A DNA stretch of 64,000 bases from a virus. The notes under the pieces were generated by a model, which had not been told where the DNA came from, did no database searches, and worked only from the letters and a program-made list of their open reading frames with translations. Every line of letters begins with the position of its first letter. The stretch's first letter is position 1. A program made the translations under genes and the position numbers. Where the stretch lies: positions 32,001 to 96,000 of the IMG/VR virus record IMGVR_UViG_3300044941_000276; one strand, 5' to 3'. Positions 39,679 through 50,256 of the stretch are shown piece by piece.

Positions 39679-42053
39679 TATATCATGTTAAAATTAATAC
39701 TATTATTATTAGGATTATTATCCTTAATCTGTAATTTTTCTACATTGAGCGCCTCTTCTTTAATAGCTCTATTGTCATTAATCTGTTTGTTTTTAAGTTC
39801 AAGCTCTTTTAGTTTAGTTTCTTTTTCCAAATTTAACTTTTCGCGCTCAAGTTTAAGTTTTTCTTCTTGTATTAAAGCTTCTTTGCCTCCTAATTTTTGA
39901 ATTGTTGCTTGCAACTCTTCAATTTGTTTTTGTAATTGTTCATTTTCTTGTTGCATGTTAGCCAGTTGCGTCATAGCCGATTGTTCAATTGCCGCAACAC
40001 CTTGATCAATAACTTGTTTCCTTCTACTTATAGATCGAGACATCAATGTATTAAATGCAGTTTGAAGATCTACTAAGTTGTTATCAAGCGCTCTCAATAA
40101 TAACTCATCGGCTCTTTTTAATTTTTCTGTATCTTCAAGGTCATCGCTTATAAATACACCATAATCAGCTAAACTATATCGCTCTGCATCTATTGAAAAT
40201 ATTTTATGAGTATCTCCAACAGTAACACTACCTACCCAGTTATCCATGACAGTTAATCTTGATAAGTTAACAACATTGGTCAAAGTTTGTTTGATTAACA
40301 TTCCATTAAGATAATATAAATCTTTTGTAATAACTTCTCCTTGTTTTATTGCCATGGTAGTAGTAGATTTACCATCTTGTTCTTCTATTTGACCTAACAG
40401 TTGTCTATTTAAGCCAACAATATTCATTGCTTGTTCTCTTAGTATCTCAAGATAGTTCATATAAGCTTGAAGTAATCCTCCATCAAGGTTAGAAGGGTAA
40501 CTTCCAAAGTTATTAAAAGCATATTGACCTTCCATGCCTTCTTGAGAAAGCGATACTATTTGATCCATTCCTGCTTTTTTATAAGCTGCGTTTTTAATAA
40601 TTCTTTCGTGAACTTTATCTCCAAATTGTTTAGGTATGTGTTCAAGAGGTATGATTACTCCACCTGGACGAGCCATAGAAAATAAGTTATTTAATTGAAA
40701 ATATGTGATATCGTACATATTTTGTATGTCTCTTGTTGCCCATACTAAAGAATAGGGCTTGCTATTACGTCCGCGATATAATAACCCATTGTATGATAAT
40801 TTACATTCATAGGGATTATCGTGTTCTCTATTAACATAAGCACACTTACCATATCCAAAATATAAACCTCTTCCAATATCTATCTTATAACATTCATATC
40901 GATCTTTTCTTCTACGTTTTTTAGAATTGATATTATCTCTTCCTTTTGTATGAACCAAATCAAGAACGTCATTATCGGCTTCTACTTCATTAGGACTTAT
41001 CCATTCTACGTGAAATACTGGAATGAGAGCTCTTCTCCATCTAGCTGTACCTGTAAAGTAAAGATGTTCTTGGTTAGACCGGTTTTCTGAATCAATTTGA
41101 TTAATAAATACCTGTTCGTTTCTCCATCGACCGTAGTTATTATAATAATCTACAAACATCATCTCTAATCGAGTTCTATCCTCCTCAGTAAGATAATGCC
41201 CGTATTCTGTTAATATGTCTCCCGATGTCATCCAGCGTCTATGTACTACTCTTCTACAATCTTGTAACCACATTTTCTCTTCATTGTAATCAAAAAAAGT
41301 TTCTTCGGGATTACATAATTCTACTACTGGATCTTTTCCAAGTTCTTTTATATAGGTTCTTATATAGGCTTGTCCGGTAACACACAGATCTTGAAAAGCC
41401 ATATTAAACTTTTGTTTAAGATTATATCGATCAATATAATATTGTATATAATCTTGTGCAGCTACTTCGTAATCGGTTTTCCAATTGCTTCCGTATTTTT
41501 GACTTATTTTCCTTTTTAAGTCTTCGATCCAAAACATTTTCTTTTTACTTTCTCTTTCAAGCTCCTCTTTAATACTTTCTGCTTTTTTTGGATCGCGACT
41601 CATCAACTTTTGATACTCTTGAACCATTTGAAGGTGTTTGTTAAAAGTATTCATTACTTCTAGTGATATTTCCTCCAACATGAAGAAGCGTCTCTCATTT
41701 TGTTTAATCAAAAGAGCATCGGAGTTTTGACAAGTAACTTGATAATCGAGATGATTTTGCAATTGAACGTTAGTTAATGCTTTTATCATTACTCCCATCA
41801 AAGGAACAAAAGGTATATCTTGTGGGTGAGATACTCCATAATTGTCTACTAAGTGTTGAAATTCACTGTTATCTCTTATACCATTAAAAAAATCATAACA
41901 TTTACGTTCGTAAATTTTATCTGTTACGAGATCGGCAATGTGTCTATCACAATTACCTATCAAGTACCGTTCTTTTGATTTATCTTCTTCTTTTACAAAG
42001 TCACTTAATTCGCTTATACGATTGTAACCTACTTCTTGAGAACCATTAGTCAT
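39678..42053 (-). CDS. Portal protein
   Basis: 791 aa directly after terminase; YDFFNG.RD, DLCVTG, C-terminal coiled coil. Confidence 0.85.
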   Translation of the reverse strand: MTNGSQEVGYNRISELSDFVKEEDKSKERYLIGNCDRHIADLVTDKIYERKCYDFFNGIRDNSEFQHLVDNYGVSHPQDIPFVPLMGVMIKALTNVQLQNHLDYQVTCQNSDALLIKQNERRFFMLEEISLEVMNTFNKHLQMVQEYQKLMSRDPKKAESIKEELERESKKKMFWIEDLKRKISQKYGSNWKTDYEVAAQDYIQYYIDRYNLKQKFNMAFQDLCVTGQAYIRTYIKELGKDPVVELCNPEETFFDYNEEKMWLQDCRRVVHRRWMTSGDILTEYGHYLTEEDRTRLEMMFVDYYNNYGRWRNEQVFINQIDSENRSNQEHLYFTGTARWRRALIPVFHVEWISPNEVEADNDVLDLVHTKGRDNINSKKRRRKDRYECYKIDIGRGLYFGYGKCAYVNREHDNPYECKLSYNGLLYRGRNSKPYSLVWATRDIQNMYDITYFQLNNLFSMARPGGVIIPLEHIPKQFGDKVHERIIKNAAYKKAGMDQIVSLSQEGMEGQYAFNNFGSYPSNLDGGLLQAYMNYLEILREQAMNIVGLNRQLLGQIEEQDGKSTTTMAIKQGEVITKDLYYLNGMLIKQTLTNVVNLSRLTVMDNWVGSVTVGDTHKIFSIDAERYSLADYGVFISDDLEDTEKLKRADELLLRALDNNLVDLQTAFNTLMSRSISRRKQVIDQGVAAIEQSAMTQLANMQQENEQLQKQIEELQATIQKLGGKEALIQEEKLKLEREKLNLEKETKLKELELKNKQINDNRAIKEEALNVEKLQIKDNNPNNNSINFNMI

Positions 42054-44253
42054 ATATCCAAGTTTTTGTTTTTACATTATATATACGTTCCTTTATCTGT
42101 TCTTGTACTATAAAATCATTATTGCGTCCAGGAACACCAAAATGCTTAGCTCCATTGGGAAGTCGATACCATACGGGAAGCTCCAAAGTGTCTTTTGTAG
42201 ATACTATCTCTTTTGCTATTTTATTTGAATACTCGGCTTCTAATATTTCTGTCATTCCCATTGCAGCTACTATGTCAAACTTTCCTTTTTCTTCTCTTGT
42301 GTAAGAAGTTAACTGTTTAACTTGAGCACTAAAATAAAGATTCTCACCATAATCAGTAAGATATTGAGTTATTTTCTCAATATAAAAGTTAACAACTACA
42401 TGGGTAGCTCTTATTCCATATTTATTTTTGTTAGCGCGATAACTATTATCTGATCGAGATAAAGCGTCGGGTTCTTTAGAAAGGTATCTTAAAAATCCAT
42501 TATCTCTAAAATAATCCAATATATTTATACGAGTATATTCTAGCAAAGCTATACCATTAAAGTACATCAAAGCATAAGCTATTTGTTTATATCCTTCTCT
42601 AACATCATCGGGGCGATGATTGTACAAACAAACATAAGTGTTGTTATAAACATCTCTAGGATTATTAGGATCGATGCGTTTTTTTATAACCATTGATAAT
42701 TTGGAAGCTTTTCCTCCACTTTCTGAATCGACACCTCCCTGATCTATACTATCAATACCCCCTATATATAGATGACTTATATTTTGATTAGATAATAACG
42801 ATTCATACGCACCATAGGGCTGTTTTATGACCCACGATGGATGATCCAATATATGTATCAGACCAGCGGGATCCTCTATAAATTTTATTCCTATTAACTG
42901 ACCCTCTCTATTTCTTATTTCTGAGAAATAACCGCGTTGTATATTAGGTTTTATAAGGCCAGTTTCCAAATCTACAAGCTGCCTAGCTAACTTATTAGAA
43001 CTAAATACTCTACCTGTGGTTTTAATAAGAGCCTCTTCTATTGTAAAAGGGTGATCGGCAATGTAAGCCATAGCATCTTGATCAGATTGACCAGAAAGAA
43101 CTTTGGCTCTTCCTTGTTTTAATCTTCTTAATGACTCAGATCTTAGTGGATTTCCGTCAACATCTCGCAAAGCGACATCATAAGCTGGAACAAACCATCC
43201 TACACCCGATCCTTTTTCATAATACTCGGGACTATTATGATCAATTATTATAGATAAAGGATCGGTAGGTATTGATTCTATAAATTCCTCGGTTATTACT
43301 CCTTCAGGAGGGGCCCACACATTCCTAAATTTTACCATATTAAAACCATTGGGGTTATATATAATAGATTTTAACCCTTCGGCTGCTTGTTCTTCTACGT
43401 TGGATGTTCCCCACGCAATGATAGTTCCTATTACTTGAGTACCACTGTTAAGTTCTACAAGAGGTCTAGAAATATTTATTTGATTTACAAGATTTTTATT
43501 AGTACCAGCTTCTTCATAATATAATTTATAACCGCGTTTACCTCGTACTTTATCTACTTTATCTACAACTACACCTTCTATTACACCCGATGTTTTAGTA
43601 CGAGTACCATCTTTTTTGATTATACCGCCTTGTCTTTTATAATCGGCTACTTTATCTGCAATCTTGAAGTGCTTTTTAAATCTACCATCGGTGTGGTTAT
43701 TGAGATAGTCCATAGCATTAAAAGCTTTTGTTATGATACCATCGCCTCCGAGATATTGGTCATAACTAGCAAAATAAAAGCTATTTCTTTCTATTATTTC
43801 TTTTGATGATGGGTCATAATCGGTTATCATTATATCACGCGCTCCCATAGCTGCACACTTTTCGCTATAACCACACCCTCTAACTTTAACAGCTCCAAGA
43901 TGAAGTCCATTTTTTTCACAATATTCTACTATACGAAAAAATTGCCAATCGATAAACCAAAAATCAGGATGTCCTTGTACCCTATCGGGACTACCGTTGC
44001 GCATAATAATTTTAGGTATAGGATAATAATTAAGATAAAAATAATGATATCCTGTTATTCTTACCTCGCCTACTTGGTAACCTTCTAAACATCTACGTTT
44101 TTCCTCATCCCAAAAAGCAGCCCAGGCTTTTGAGCCTGGGACTTCCAATGTGTATCTGCCATGGGCTAACTTAAATTGGGCAGCTTTATTAAAATGATGG
44201 GTGTTTTTTATATACCCTCGATCATCAAAATAAGGAACATTCTTTTTACTCAT
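42046..44253 (-). CDS. terL: Terminase large subunit
   Basis: ITGYHYFYLNY, KVRGCGYSE (Walker A variant), LYYEEAG (Walker B), GGIDSID and FDIVAAMG nuclease motifs. Confidence 0.92.
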   Translation of the reverse strand: MSKKNVPYFDDRGYIKNTHHFNKAAQFKLAHGRYTLEVPGSKAWAAFWDEEKRRCLEGYQVGEVRITGYHYFYLNYYPIPKIIMRNGSPDRVQGHPDFWFIDWQFFRIVEYCEKNGLHLGAVKVRGCGYSEKCAAMGARDIMITDYDPSSKEIIERNSFYFASYDQYLGGDGIITKAFNAMDYLNNHTDGRFKKHFKIADKVADYKRQGGIIKKDGTRTKTSGVIEGVVVDKVDKVRGKRGYKLYYEEAGTNKNLVNQINISRPLVELNSGTQVIGTIIAWGTSNVEEQAAEGLKSIIYNPNGFNMVKFRNVWAPPEGVITEEFIESIPTDPLSIIIDHNSPEYYEKGSGVGWFVPAYDVALRDVDGNPLRSESLRRLKQGRAKVLSGQSDQDAMAYIADHPFTIEEALIKTTGRVFSSNKLARQLVDLETGLIKPNIQRGYFSEIRNREGQLIGIKFIEDPAGLIHILDHPSWVIKQPYGAYESLLSNQNISHLYIGGIDSIDQGGVDSESGGKASKLSMVIKKRIDPNNPRDVYNNTYVCLYNHRPDDVREGYKQIAYALMYFNGIALLEYTRINILDYFRDNGFLRYLSKEPDALSRSDNSYRANKNKYGIRATHVVVNFYIEKITQYLTDYGENLYFSAQVKQLTSYTREEKGKFDIVAAMGMTEILEAEYSNKIAKEIVSTKDTLELPVWYRLPNGAKHFGVPGRNNDFIVQEQIKERIYNVKTKTWIYD

Positions 44254-44818
44254 CGCCGATAATTAATTTTTCTTCCCATCCAAGATCAAGATCTCCTTTT
44301 GTAGCGGTTTCTTGTTTAAGTTCTTCAAGAGCTCTCTTTTCAAGACGTTTAATAGAATCAATAACAAACTCTGCTTGTTTCATAATAGCTATAAGTTCTT
44401 TAGGATCATGAAGAAGCGTGCCTTTTCTAGCACCACTATCTACTTTTTCAATAAAATTGACTGTATCAAAATAATCTTCTAGTGATTTCATTCCCTTTTC
44501 CATTTTTTTAATCATTCTTAGTACTGGAGTGGAATATTTTATACTATGATATTTTTCAGCAGCTATTTTTACATAATCGGGGACTTCTTTTAACGATATA
44601 TCGGAAAGAGCTTGCGCTTCTGCTTCTACTCTTGTAAAATTCACATAGGGACTTTCTGGATCTTGAGTAAGGTATATATAGGTAAAGTATTTAAACGCTT
44701 GACCTTTATCTTTAGATTTATCATTATCTATTATTTTTTTAAATTCCTCTATTAAAAGTAACTCGGGTATATTAAGAGTTAATTTAAAATTATTATAACT
44801 AAATATCTTCAGTTTCAT
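44246..44818 (-). CDS. Conserved protein upstream of terL, possible small terminase
   Basis: DKSKDK..A.K.FTYIY..D..SPY; synteny. Confidence 0.55.
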   Translation of the reverse strand: MKLKIFSYNNFKLTLNIPELLLIEEFKKIIDNDKSKDKGQAFKYFTYIYLTQDPESPYVNFTRVEAEAQALSDISLKEVPDYVKIAAEKYHSIKYSTPVLRMIKKMEKGMKSLEDYFDTVNFIEKVDSGARKGTLLHDPKELIAIMKQAEFVIDSIKRLEKRALEELKQETATKGDLDLGWEEKLIIGDE

Positions 44819-45134
44819 CTATTACTTCACAATTGTTTTCTTTACAATAATCAGCCAACATTTCAGACGCATATCTGACCCAAATTTGAGGAATATCAAT
44901 CATACATTGATCCTCACCATCAATACCTCGATATATTCTATTACCATCGGTAATTTCAAGAGTAAAATTACCTAATCGAGGGAATATTCTATATCCCAAC
45001 CCGTTGGTAAAATTTCCTTGAGCCCAACCATTATACAAACCGTTACCTCCATATTGATCAGGAGATCGATAAAAGTTAGACAATATGCGTATTGTCTTAG
45101 CTATATCTTCTGGAGAAGAATATGTAGATTTCAT
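44799..45134 (-). CDS. Hypothetical protein
   Basis: 111-aa ORF in operon. Confidence 0.55.
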   Translation of the reverse strand: MKSTYSSPEDIAKTIRILSNFYRSPDQYGGNGLYNGWAQGNFTNGLGYRIFPRLGNFTLEITDGNRIYRGIDGEDQCMIDIPQIWVRYASEMLADYCKENNCEVIDETEDI

Positions 45135-45553
45135 GGATTAAGGGATAATAAATAAACATATCGAGCTATAAAACCTTCAAGCTCATCGAGTACATTTTTT
45201 ATTGATCCAACAGTTTCAGGAAATTCCATAATATACTCTAACATTGTTTGAAGAATAGTTATAGCTTCTTTTTTAGAATGATAATCGGTTAATTTATCAA
45301 CTATCATTGGAGATATAGGTGATGAGGTAATACCTATGTATATCTCGGCTAAAGTATCGGCATACTTGGCAAATCCATCGACAATTTCATCATAATATTT
45401 ATGCTCAGTAGAAGACTGAGTATTCCAATGATAAAATTTAAACTGGGTTTCAAGAAATTTTAAATCGCTTATCAATTGTACGATAGGATCGACTTCTTGA
45501 ACTTGTTCTTCTGCAGAACTTTTGCTATCATGAATTGATTCTATTAAGTTCAT
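45131..45553 (-). CDS. Ferritin/Dps-like four-helix protein (DUF5856-like)
   Basis: QFKFYHWNT..EHKYYDE..D.LAE..G..LDEL..YLL; likely start 45553. Confidence 0.65.
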   Translation of the reverse strand: MNLIESIHDSKSSAEEQVQEVDPIVQLISDLKFLETQFKFYHWNTQSSTEHKYYDEIVDGFAKYADTLAEIYIGITSSPISPMIVDKLTDYHSKKEAITILQTMLEYIMEFPETVGSIKNVLDELEGFIARYVYLLSLNP

Positions 45554-45986
45554 CTTGTTTTTTAATATATTGTTCAAATAAAGTTTTATTCCATCGACCC
45601 ATCGGGCAAGGTCCTGTTCCATCTTTCTTCTCAAGTTCTGATTCTTCAAAATAATGATTGGGTTTATTAGGCGTGCCGTCAGCATTTAATATAGGACAAC
45701 CACATCCTCTATAATATACTTTGTTATTATCAATTACTAATCGAATAACACCAAAACTATCAGTAACGTTGATATATTTATCAGCGTTGATTATATCTAT
45801 AGTATCTCCGTCTTCAGATTTTAATACATTGGGATCACATACTCTATCATTTAATAAAGGACATGATTTGCATTGAGAAACCCTAAAAGATACAACATCA
45901 GGATCGGGTCGACCATTAATAAGAGTATTAAACTTGGTAGATACCAAGTTTAATGCTCCTTTTACTAAGAATTTATTTTCCATCAA
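45528..45986 (-). CDS. Cys-containing hypothetical protein
   Basis: CKSC, GCGC and CPMGRW possible Zn ligands. Confidence 0.55.
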   Translation of the reverse strand: MMENKFLVKGALNLVSTKFNTLINGRPDPDVVSFRVSQCKSCPLLNDRVCDPNVLKSEDGDTIDIINADKYINVTDSFGVIRLVIDNNKVYYRGCGCPILNADGTPNKPNHYFEESELEKKDGTGPCPMGRWNKTLFEQYIKKQDELNRINS

Positions 45987-46323
45987 AGTAATAAATAATA
46001 TTATGGGTAATCATCATAATATACTCACCTCGATATTCTTTAAGATCAGCTACTTCAAACTTTTGGAAAGTGCTCATAGTTGACCAAAATACTAACATAC
46101 CGGGCAAAATATCTTTATCGTTAGATGCAAGTACATAACCACAAGGTAATTTATCTCCAACCATAGAAGGAGCTACATATATACCTTTTTCATTTTTCTC
46201 ATTAATATCGATAGGTTTAACAATTACCTGACGAGTGTCGGTAATATTTGGAAATTTAGCAAGAGCAAAATAATCATATTCTGCTTGTGCTGGTTTTTTT
46301 GTTTTTATAGTTTCTAATTTCAT
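45973..46323 (-). CDS. GroES-like co-chaperonin
   Basis: RQVIVKPI..EKGIYV..GYVLA..I.PG..VFW pattern. Confidence 0.55.
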   Translation of the reverse strand: MKLETIKTKKPAQAEYDYFALAKFPNITDTRQVIVKPIDINEKNEKGIYVAPSMVGDKLPCGYVLASNDKDILPGMLVFWSTMSTFQKFEVADLKEYRGEYIMMITHNIIYYFDGK

Positions 46324-46724
46324 AACATTTCTAATATTTCATTTATACGTTTAATTATTTCACTATTGCCATACAAAGCATCTTTTGCCAATTGTAAATA
46401 ATATTCACCTGTACGACTTTCTTTTACAAGATCTCTTGAGTCAAAGTTTTTTTCAATGTATTCTCCTTCGGTTGTATGACCCATGGGATCGGTATACTTG
46501 GTATACCAACCACACTGGATACCTTTTAATACATTGTTTTCGACTTTTTCTCCGTTTTCTAATTCTACTACTCTCTTTTTAAGAGATCCATCAGGATTGG
46601 TGTCCCATATGATACCAGTAACTCTCATACTTGGAGATTGATCGAAAGGAACTCCTTTCAATTTAACTGTATCGTTTATATGAAACATCACTTTTCTTTT
46701 TTTGTTGCTCTTATTGCTTTCCAT
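46320..46724 (-). CDS. YodC/DUF2158-like protein
   Basis: FHINDTVKLK..SPSMRV..IQCGWY..FDSRDL. Confidence 0.55.
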   Translation of the reverse strand: MESNKSNKKRKVMFHINDTVKLKGVPFDQSPSMRVTGIIWDTNPDGSLKKRVVELENGEKVENNVLKGIQCGWYTKYTDPMGHTTEGEYIEKNFDSRDLVKESRTGEYYLQLAKDALYGNSEIIKRINEILEML

Positions 46725-47149
46725 TCTTCGTAAATTGATTCTCCTATTATAATATAATTAACATTGACTATGTTGTAAGAAGCTTGTCCTTTATACGATA
46801 ATCTATACAACAGCGCAAAGATATCGGGGTTTTCTTTACAAAACAAATAACAACTTAGATAACTTATAAAATGAGCTATAGTTCTATTTGAATAAAACAC
46901 ACCTCGATAATTAAAAGCTCCTTGATTATTATATATCCTTTTACCTACTTTAAGAGGTATAGTAAGATATACGTTTTCTTTATAATAATATCCAAAAGAT
47001 ATACCATCGACATTATATATACCGCGCGTATTATTTTCTACTTTACCTGTAAATACTTCACCATAACATGATGATTTTACTACAGGTACCCACGGGTTAT
47101 ATAACGATAATACCTCGGTAACAATATCACTAGGAGTCGTTACTTCCAT
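46688..47149 (-). CDS. Hypothetical protein
   Basis: 153-aa ORF. Confidence 0.5.
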   Translation of the reverse strand: MEVTTPSDIVTEVLSLYNPWVPVVKSSCYGEVFTGKVENNTRGIYNVDGISFGYYYKENVYLTIPLKVGKRIYNNQGAFNYRGVFYSNRTIAHFISYLSCYLFCKENPDIFALLYRLSYKGQASYNIVNVNYIIIGESIYEEWKAIRATKKEK

Positions 47150-47886
47150 ATTACAGATACATCTATCTTATCAGCATCTACTATTGTAAATCGATCCCGA
47201 TCTATGTGAATTAATTTTAATTCATCTACCTCATAACCGACTTTCGTTAATATATGTCGATATATAGATAATTGTATAGAGTATCGGGAATGGTTCGTAT
47301 TAGGAAGATAGTCAAAAGGAGGTCGCAATTTAAAATTGGTCTTTTTTTCTTTTCCTGTTTTTTTATCAATATAAGTATCTCTTAGTATAGGCTTTCCAGT
47401 TTTATAATCGAGCAAAGCAAGACGATTGGTTTCAAGATTGTAAGCAAGTACATCACATGTACCCGACACTCTGAGATCTGGATCGTACATGCGCAACTCG
47501 GAACATATAATCTTATATCGCCCAGCAAGATGTCTATACAACGATATCAATGTTGATCGATACTCTTTTATATCAATACCTTTTACTGGTAAATTAAGGC
47601 TCTTATTTTCAAGATATTTATGAACCAATGAACCTTTCTCGGTAGCTATTTTTGACTTTTTATCCCATTCTTTGATAACTTCTTCTTGAGTCATATTATA
47701 CTCATCGGCCTTCTTTTTAGACCAGTAATCACGGTCAAAATTCTCATAGCGTTTTACTATACTAGTAGCAGATGTTAATTCTACATCGGGTTGAGTAGCT
47801 AAGTAATATTTATGATTAACTTCATCAAATATAAGATCCTTAAATAACTCTTCTATCTCTGCGCGCAGTTTCTTTTTATTTATCAT
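47140..47886 (-). CDS. PD-(D/E)xK exonuclease
   Basis: FDEVNHKY, SATSI, KGSLVH, SE..Y..SGTCD..LLDYKT, YSIQLSIY. Confidence 0.85.
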   Translation of the reverse strand: MINKKKLRAEIEELFKDLIFDEVNHKYYLATQPDVELTSATSIVKRYENFDRDYWSKKKADEYNMTQEEVIKEWDKKSKIATEKGSLVHKYLENKSLNLPVKGIDIKEYRSTLISLYRHLAGRYKIICSELRMYDPDLRVSGTCDVLAYNLETNRLALLDYKTGKPILRDTYIDKKTGKEKKTNFKLRPPFDYLPNTNHSRYSIQLSIYRHILTKVGYEVDELKLIHIDRDRFTIVDADKIDVSVIWK

Positions 47887-48064
47887 ATGTTACAGGAATA
47901 ACTTCTTCAATTGTATAATCGTCATAATCGATACCCAAATCTTCAAATTTTTTTATAGCTTGTTCTTTCCCCCAAGCTTCTATCAACAAAGTCTCTGTTA
48001 TAAATCGTCCACGATCATTAAAACGATAATACAGATAATAAAATATCTTATAAGTTTTCATCAT
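47876..48064 (-). CDS. Small hypothetical protein
   Basis: 62-aa ORF. Confidence 0.5.
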   Translation of the reverse strand: MMKTYKIFYYLYYRFNDRGRFITETLLIEAWGKEQAIKKFEDLGIDYDDYTIEEVIPVTYDK

Positions 48065-48207
48065 TTCTTGTAAAAGAATAAAGTAAAAATATAATAGAAA
48101 CCATTAATAATGATAAATCAAGTATACTGATATTTAATCTCATTATACTATAAGTAGTATTTATCACTACAAGTAAAAATATAATAGCAGCTAACCAAAA
48201 TAAATAT

Positions 48208-48420
48208 TTATTTTTCATCATCTTTATGTTTTAATCTTCCAAAACTAATATTGGGCAAAACTCTCATGTCTGTATGAGTCCATTGCCATATCTCGCCAGA
48301 CTCTTGTATCACAGTATATAGAGTATCGGTCTCTGTTCCATACTCGGTTACTAACCATATCACACCTTCGCCCTTAGGTGTCAAAACATAAACCCTATTT
48401 TGAGGTTCAAATATTCTCAT
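48208..48420 (-). CDS. Small hypothetical protein
   Basis: 70 aa, TPKGEG..YG.E.D..GEIW. Confidence 0.6.
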   Translation of the reverse strand: MRIFEPQNRVYVLTPKGEGVIWLVTEYGTETDTLYTVIQESGEIWQWTHTDMRVLPNISFGRLKHKDDEK

Positions 48421-48872
48421 TGTATCTTATCTCTGTATTTCTTTATACGATTACCTTGAAAAAACATATCGGGATTTATCCAAAAAACATCTTTTATTAC
48501 TGTTGGAGAAATAAATCCATATCGGATCAATTCATCTCTTGCTTTAGTGTAAGTGTTATAAGATAAATTTTGTTCTTTAAGATAGCGATCTTTATTAATA
48601 TAAACCCAATCACAACCCTCATCTATTTCAAATATTAACCAAAGAAAAAGTCTTTGAGAACATGAGGATAGATCGTTTACAATCTTTCTACGTTCACTCG
48701 AAACAAATATTTTAGTAAAACGCGTAGCTTCCAACTCTATAATCTCTTTTACTAAAACATCATCATCCATCACATAATTTTTTCCTTTTATTTTATTTAC
48801 AGGAATGGATAAAGAGTTAACAAAAGGATTTTTACCTAATAAAGATTGATCTATTGATTTATTCTTTTTCAT
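48417..48872 (-). CDS. RepL-like winged-helix replication/maintenance protein
   Basis: FTKIF..LFLWL..LSYNTYTKARDELIRYGFI..FWINPDMFFQG. Confidence 0.7.
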   Translation of the reverse strand: MKKNKSIDQSLLGKNPFVNSLSIPVNKIKGKNYVMDDDVLVKEIIELEATRFTKIFVSSERRKIVNDLSSCSQRLFLWLIFEIDEGCDWVYINKDRYLKEQNLSYNTYTKARDELIRYGFISPTVIKDVFWINPDMFFQGNRIKKYRDKIQ

Positions 48873-48877
48873 TTGTG

Positions 48878-48885
48878 CAAAGCTA
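48878..48885 (-). promoter_or_regulatory. Bacteroidota -7 element immediately before RepL-like ATG (possible leaderless mRNA)
   Basis: Minus strand reads TAGCTTTG-cacaa-ATG. Confidence 0.45.
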
Positions 48886-48900
48886 ACACATATATGTATA

Positions 48901-49214
48901 TTATCATATAGTTATCATATAGATATTATCAAAATTTTGTGAGTTTTATAAAATACTATACATCTCACAAATGAGCGGTCACAAAAAATAGGGTCACAAA
49001 AAATTGTGAAATCGAAAAAGTCAAAAAATTGCTTAATCAGATATATGAGAGTAACAAAAAATGACAAAAAAAATTCAAAAAAGAACCGTCTTATAGCTTT
49101 AAGGGTATACTCGAGTAGGTCAATTTTTGGTCAAAAAACGATTGATGAGCTATATAAAAGTAAACTTTTCTCTTTTTTTCTACTCACAAAAAATTGTGAG
49201 AAAAATGTGAGATG
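48901..49214. repeat. Iteron-like direct/inverted repeats at the strand switch
   Basis: TTATCATATAG x2 (48901-22); GGTCACAAAAAAT x2 (48977, 48992); CTCACAAAAAATTGTGAG (49183); inverted TTTTGTGAG (48935) and ATGTGAGATG (49205). Confidence 0.65.
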
Positions 49215-49356
49215 GGTTCTCTAATGTTGTTTAAAGTACATCAAACGAATTTTTTTATTTTTTTATTTTTTTATTTTTTGTTTTTTGTTGAGGGAATATT
49301 TGGTCTGTACCCCCATCCTGCCCCGCTTGGGTTTGCAACTAAACACCATAAATTAT

Positions 49357-49647
49357 ATGAAATCTTACGAATTTGAATCCGGTGCTGAGTTCACCGGAGG
49401 CTCGCTCTTAGGGCGTATTGAAGTACAAGTTGAAACCTCGACGAAAGGGTCAGGTCTTAACAAAGGCAAGTGGCGCAATACTATAAAGCCGGTTGAAGTA
49501 ATCCTCACAAATAAGAAGACTGGGAAGAAAACGGCGTCTATCCGTGAGGCGTTCAATTCAAAGACTAAATTGGACGCCGGCACCTACACAGTAGGTGTCT
49601 ATGAAGCGGACATCAACAACAAATTGACAGCCTACCTGGCTTTGTAA
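49357..49647 (+). CDS. Hypothetical early protein
   Basis: ATG at 49357 after an A/T-rich leader; first gene after the strand switch. Confidence 0.65.
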   Translation: MKSYEFESGAEFTGGSLLGRIEVQVETSTKGSGLNKGKWRNTIKPVEVILTNKKTGKKTASIREAFNSKTKLDAGTYTVGVYEADINNKLTAYLAL

Positions 49648-49998
49648 GTCGGGTAGGTCCCCCTTCGGGGGTAAGTGTGCCTCAATCATTAGCCACATGA
49701 TGAGAGGCACAACCATACACTCGCCACACGGTGTATGGTAAGTAGCAAGTGTGGGCATATTTTCATTGTCTTGGTTGAAAATATGCTTCCCCAGATATCT
49801 GGGAGTGGGTTTTTTTAAAAAATCCAAGACATCCACCCCTCAGTCCGAGTGAGGGAGAGTGTGACCAAGTTGTTGTAACCATCCGACAACTTGGCACACG
49901 AGGTGGATTATGTAGGCAAATTGAAGACGCCTAATCTCGGAACGGGGTAAGCCGAAAACTCATAAAAAGAGTAGGCGTAAATTGAAAACGACTAGTTT
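49648..49998 (+). ncRNA. Structured non-coding segment 1 (hairpins + 3 pseudoknots)
   Basis: Consecutive stems; loop/downstream pairings ccacac/gtgtgg, tgtcttgg/ccaagaca and tccgag/ctcgga. Confidence 0.6.
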
Positions 49999-50256
49999 AT
50001 GACCAGGACTATCATATCGGAGGTGAACACAGCTCACCTTCATATGATCAAAGAAAGATTTGATCATGAGTACCCGCTACCAAACGGAGGGTACGTACTA
50101 TATTCGTTTTGCTCGTCGACATCAAAAGATATTGAAGCTTTAATCATTGTAGTAAAGAAAGAAAAGCTCATCAAATCGAGAGCTTTTCTTTTCACGGGGG
50201 AGGTTCTCCAATTGGAAAATTTCCTCGCTAAACATGGGATTGAAATATCCCTTTAG
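49999..50256 (+). CDS. Hypothetical protein
   Basis: 85-aa ORF. Confidence 0.55.
   Translation: MTRTIISEVNTAHLHMIKERFDHEYPLPNGGYVLYSFCSSTSKDIEALIIVVKKEKLIKSRAFLFTGEVLQLENFLAKHGIEISL

Noticed and set aside
42046-44253. Intron or intein in terL, common in crAss-like phages
   Set aside because: ORF is continuous and of ordinary length, with no intein or homing endonuclease motifs seen.
47140-47886. Cas4 / CRISPR adaptation gene
   Set aside because: Lacks the four-Cys Fe-S pattern; ordinary phage PD-(D/E)xK exonuclease.
49006-49224. 72-aa Lys-rich ORF
   Set aside because: Arises from A-rich repeats in the putative origin region.
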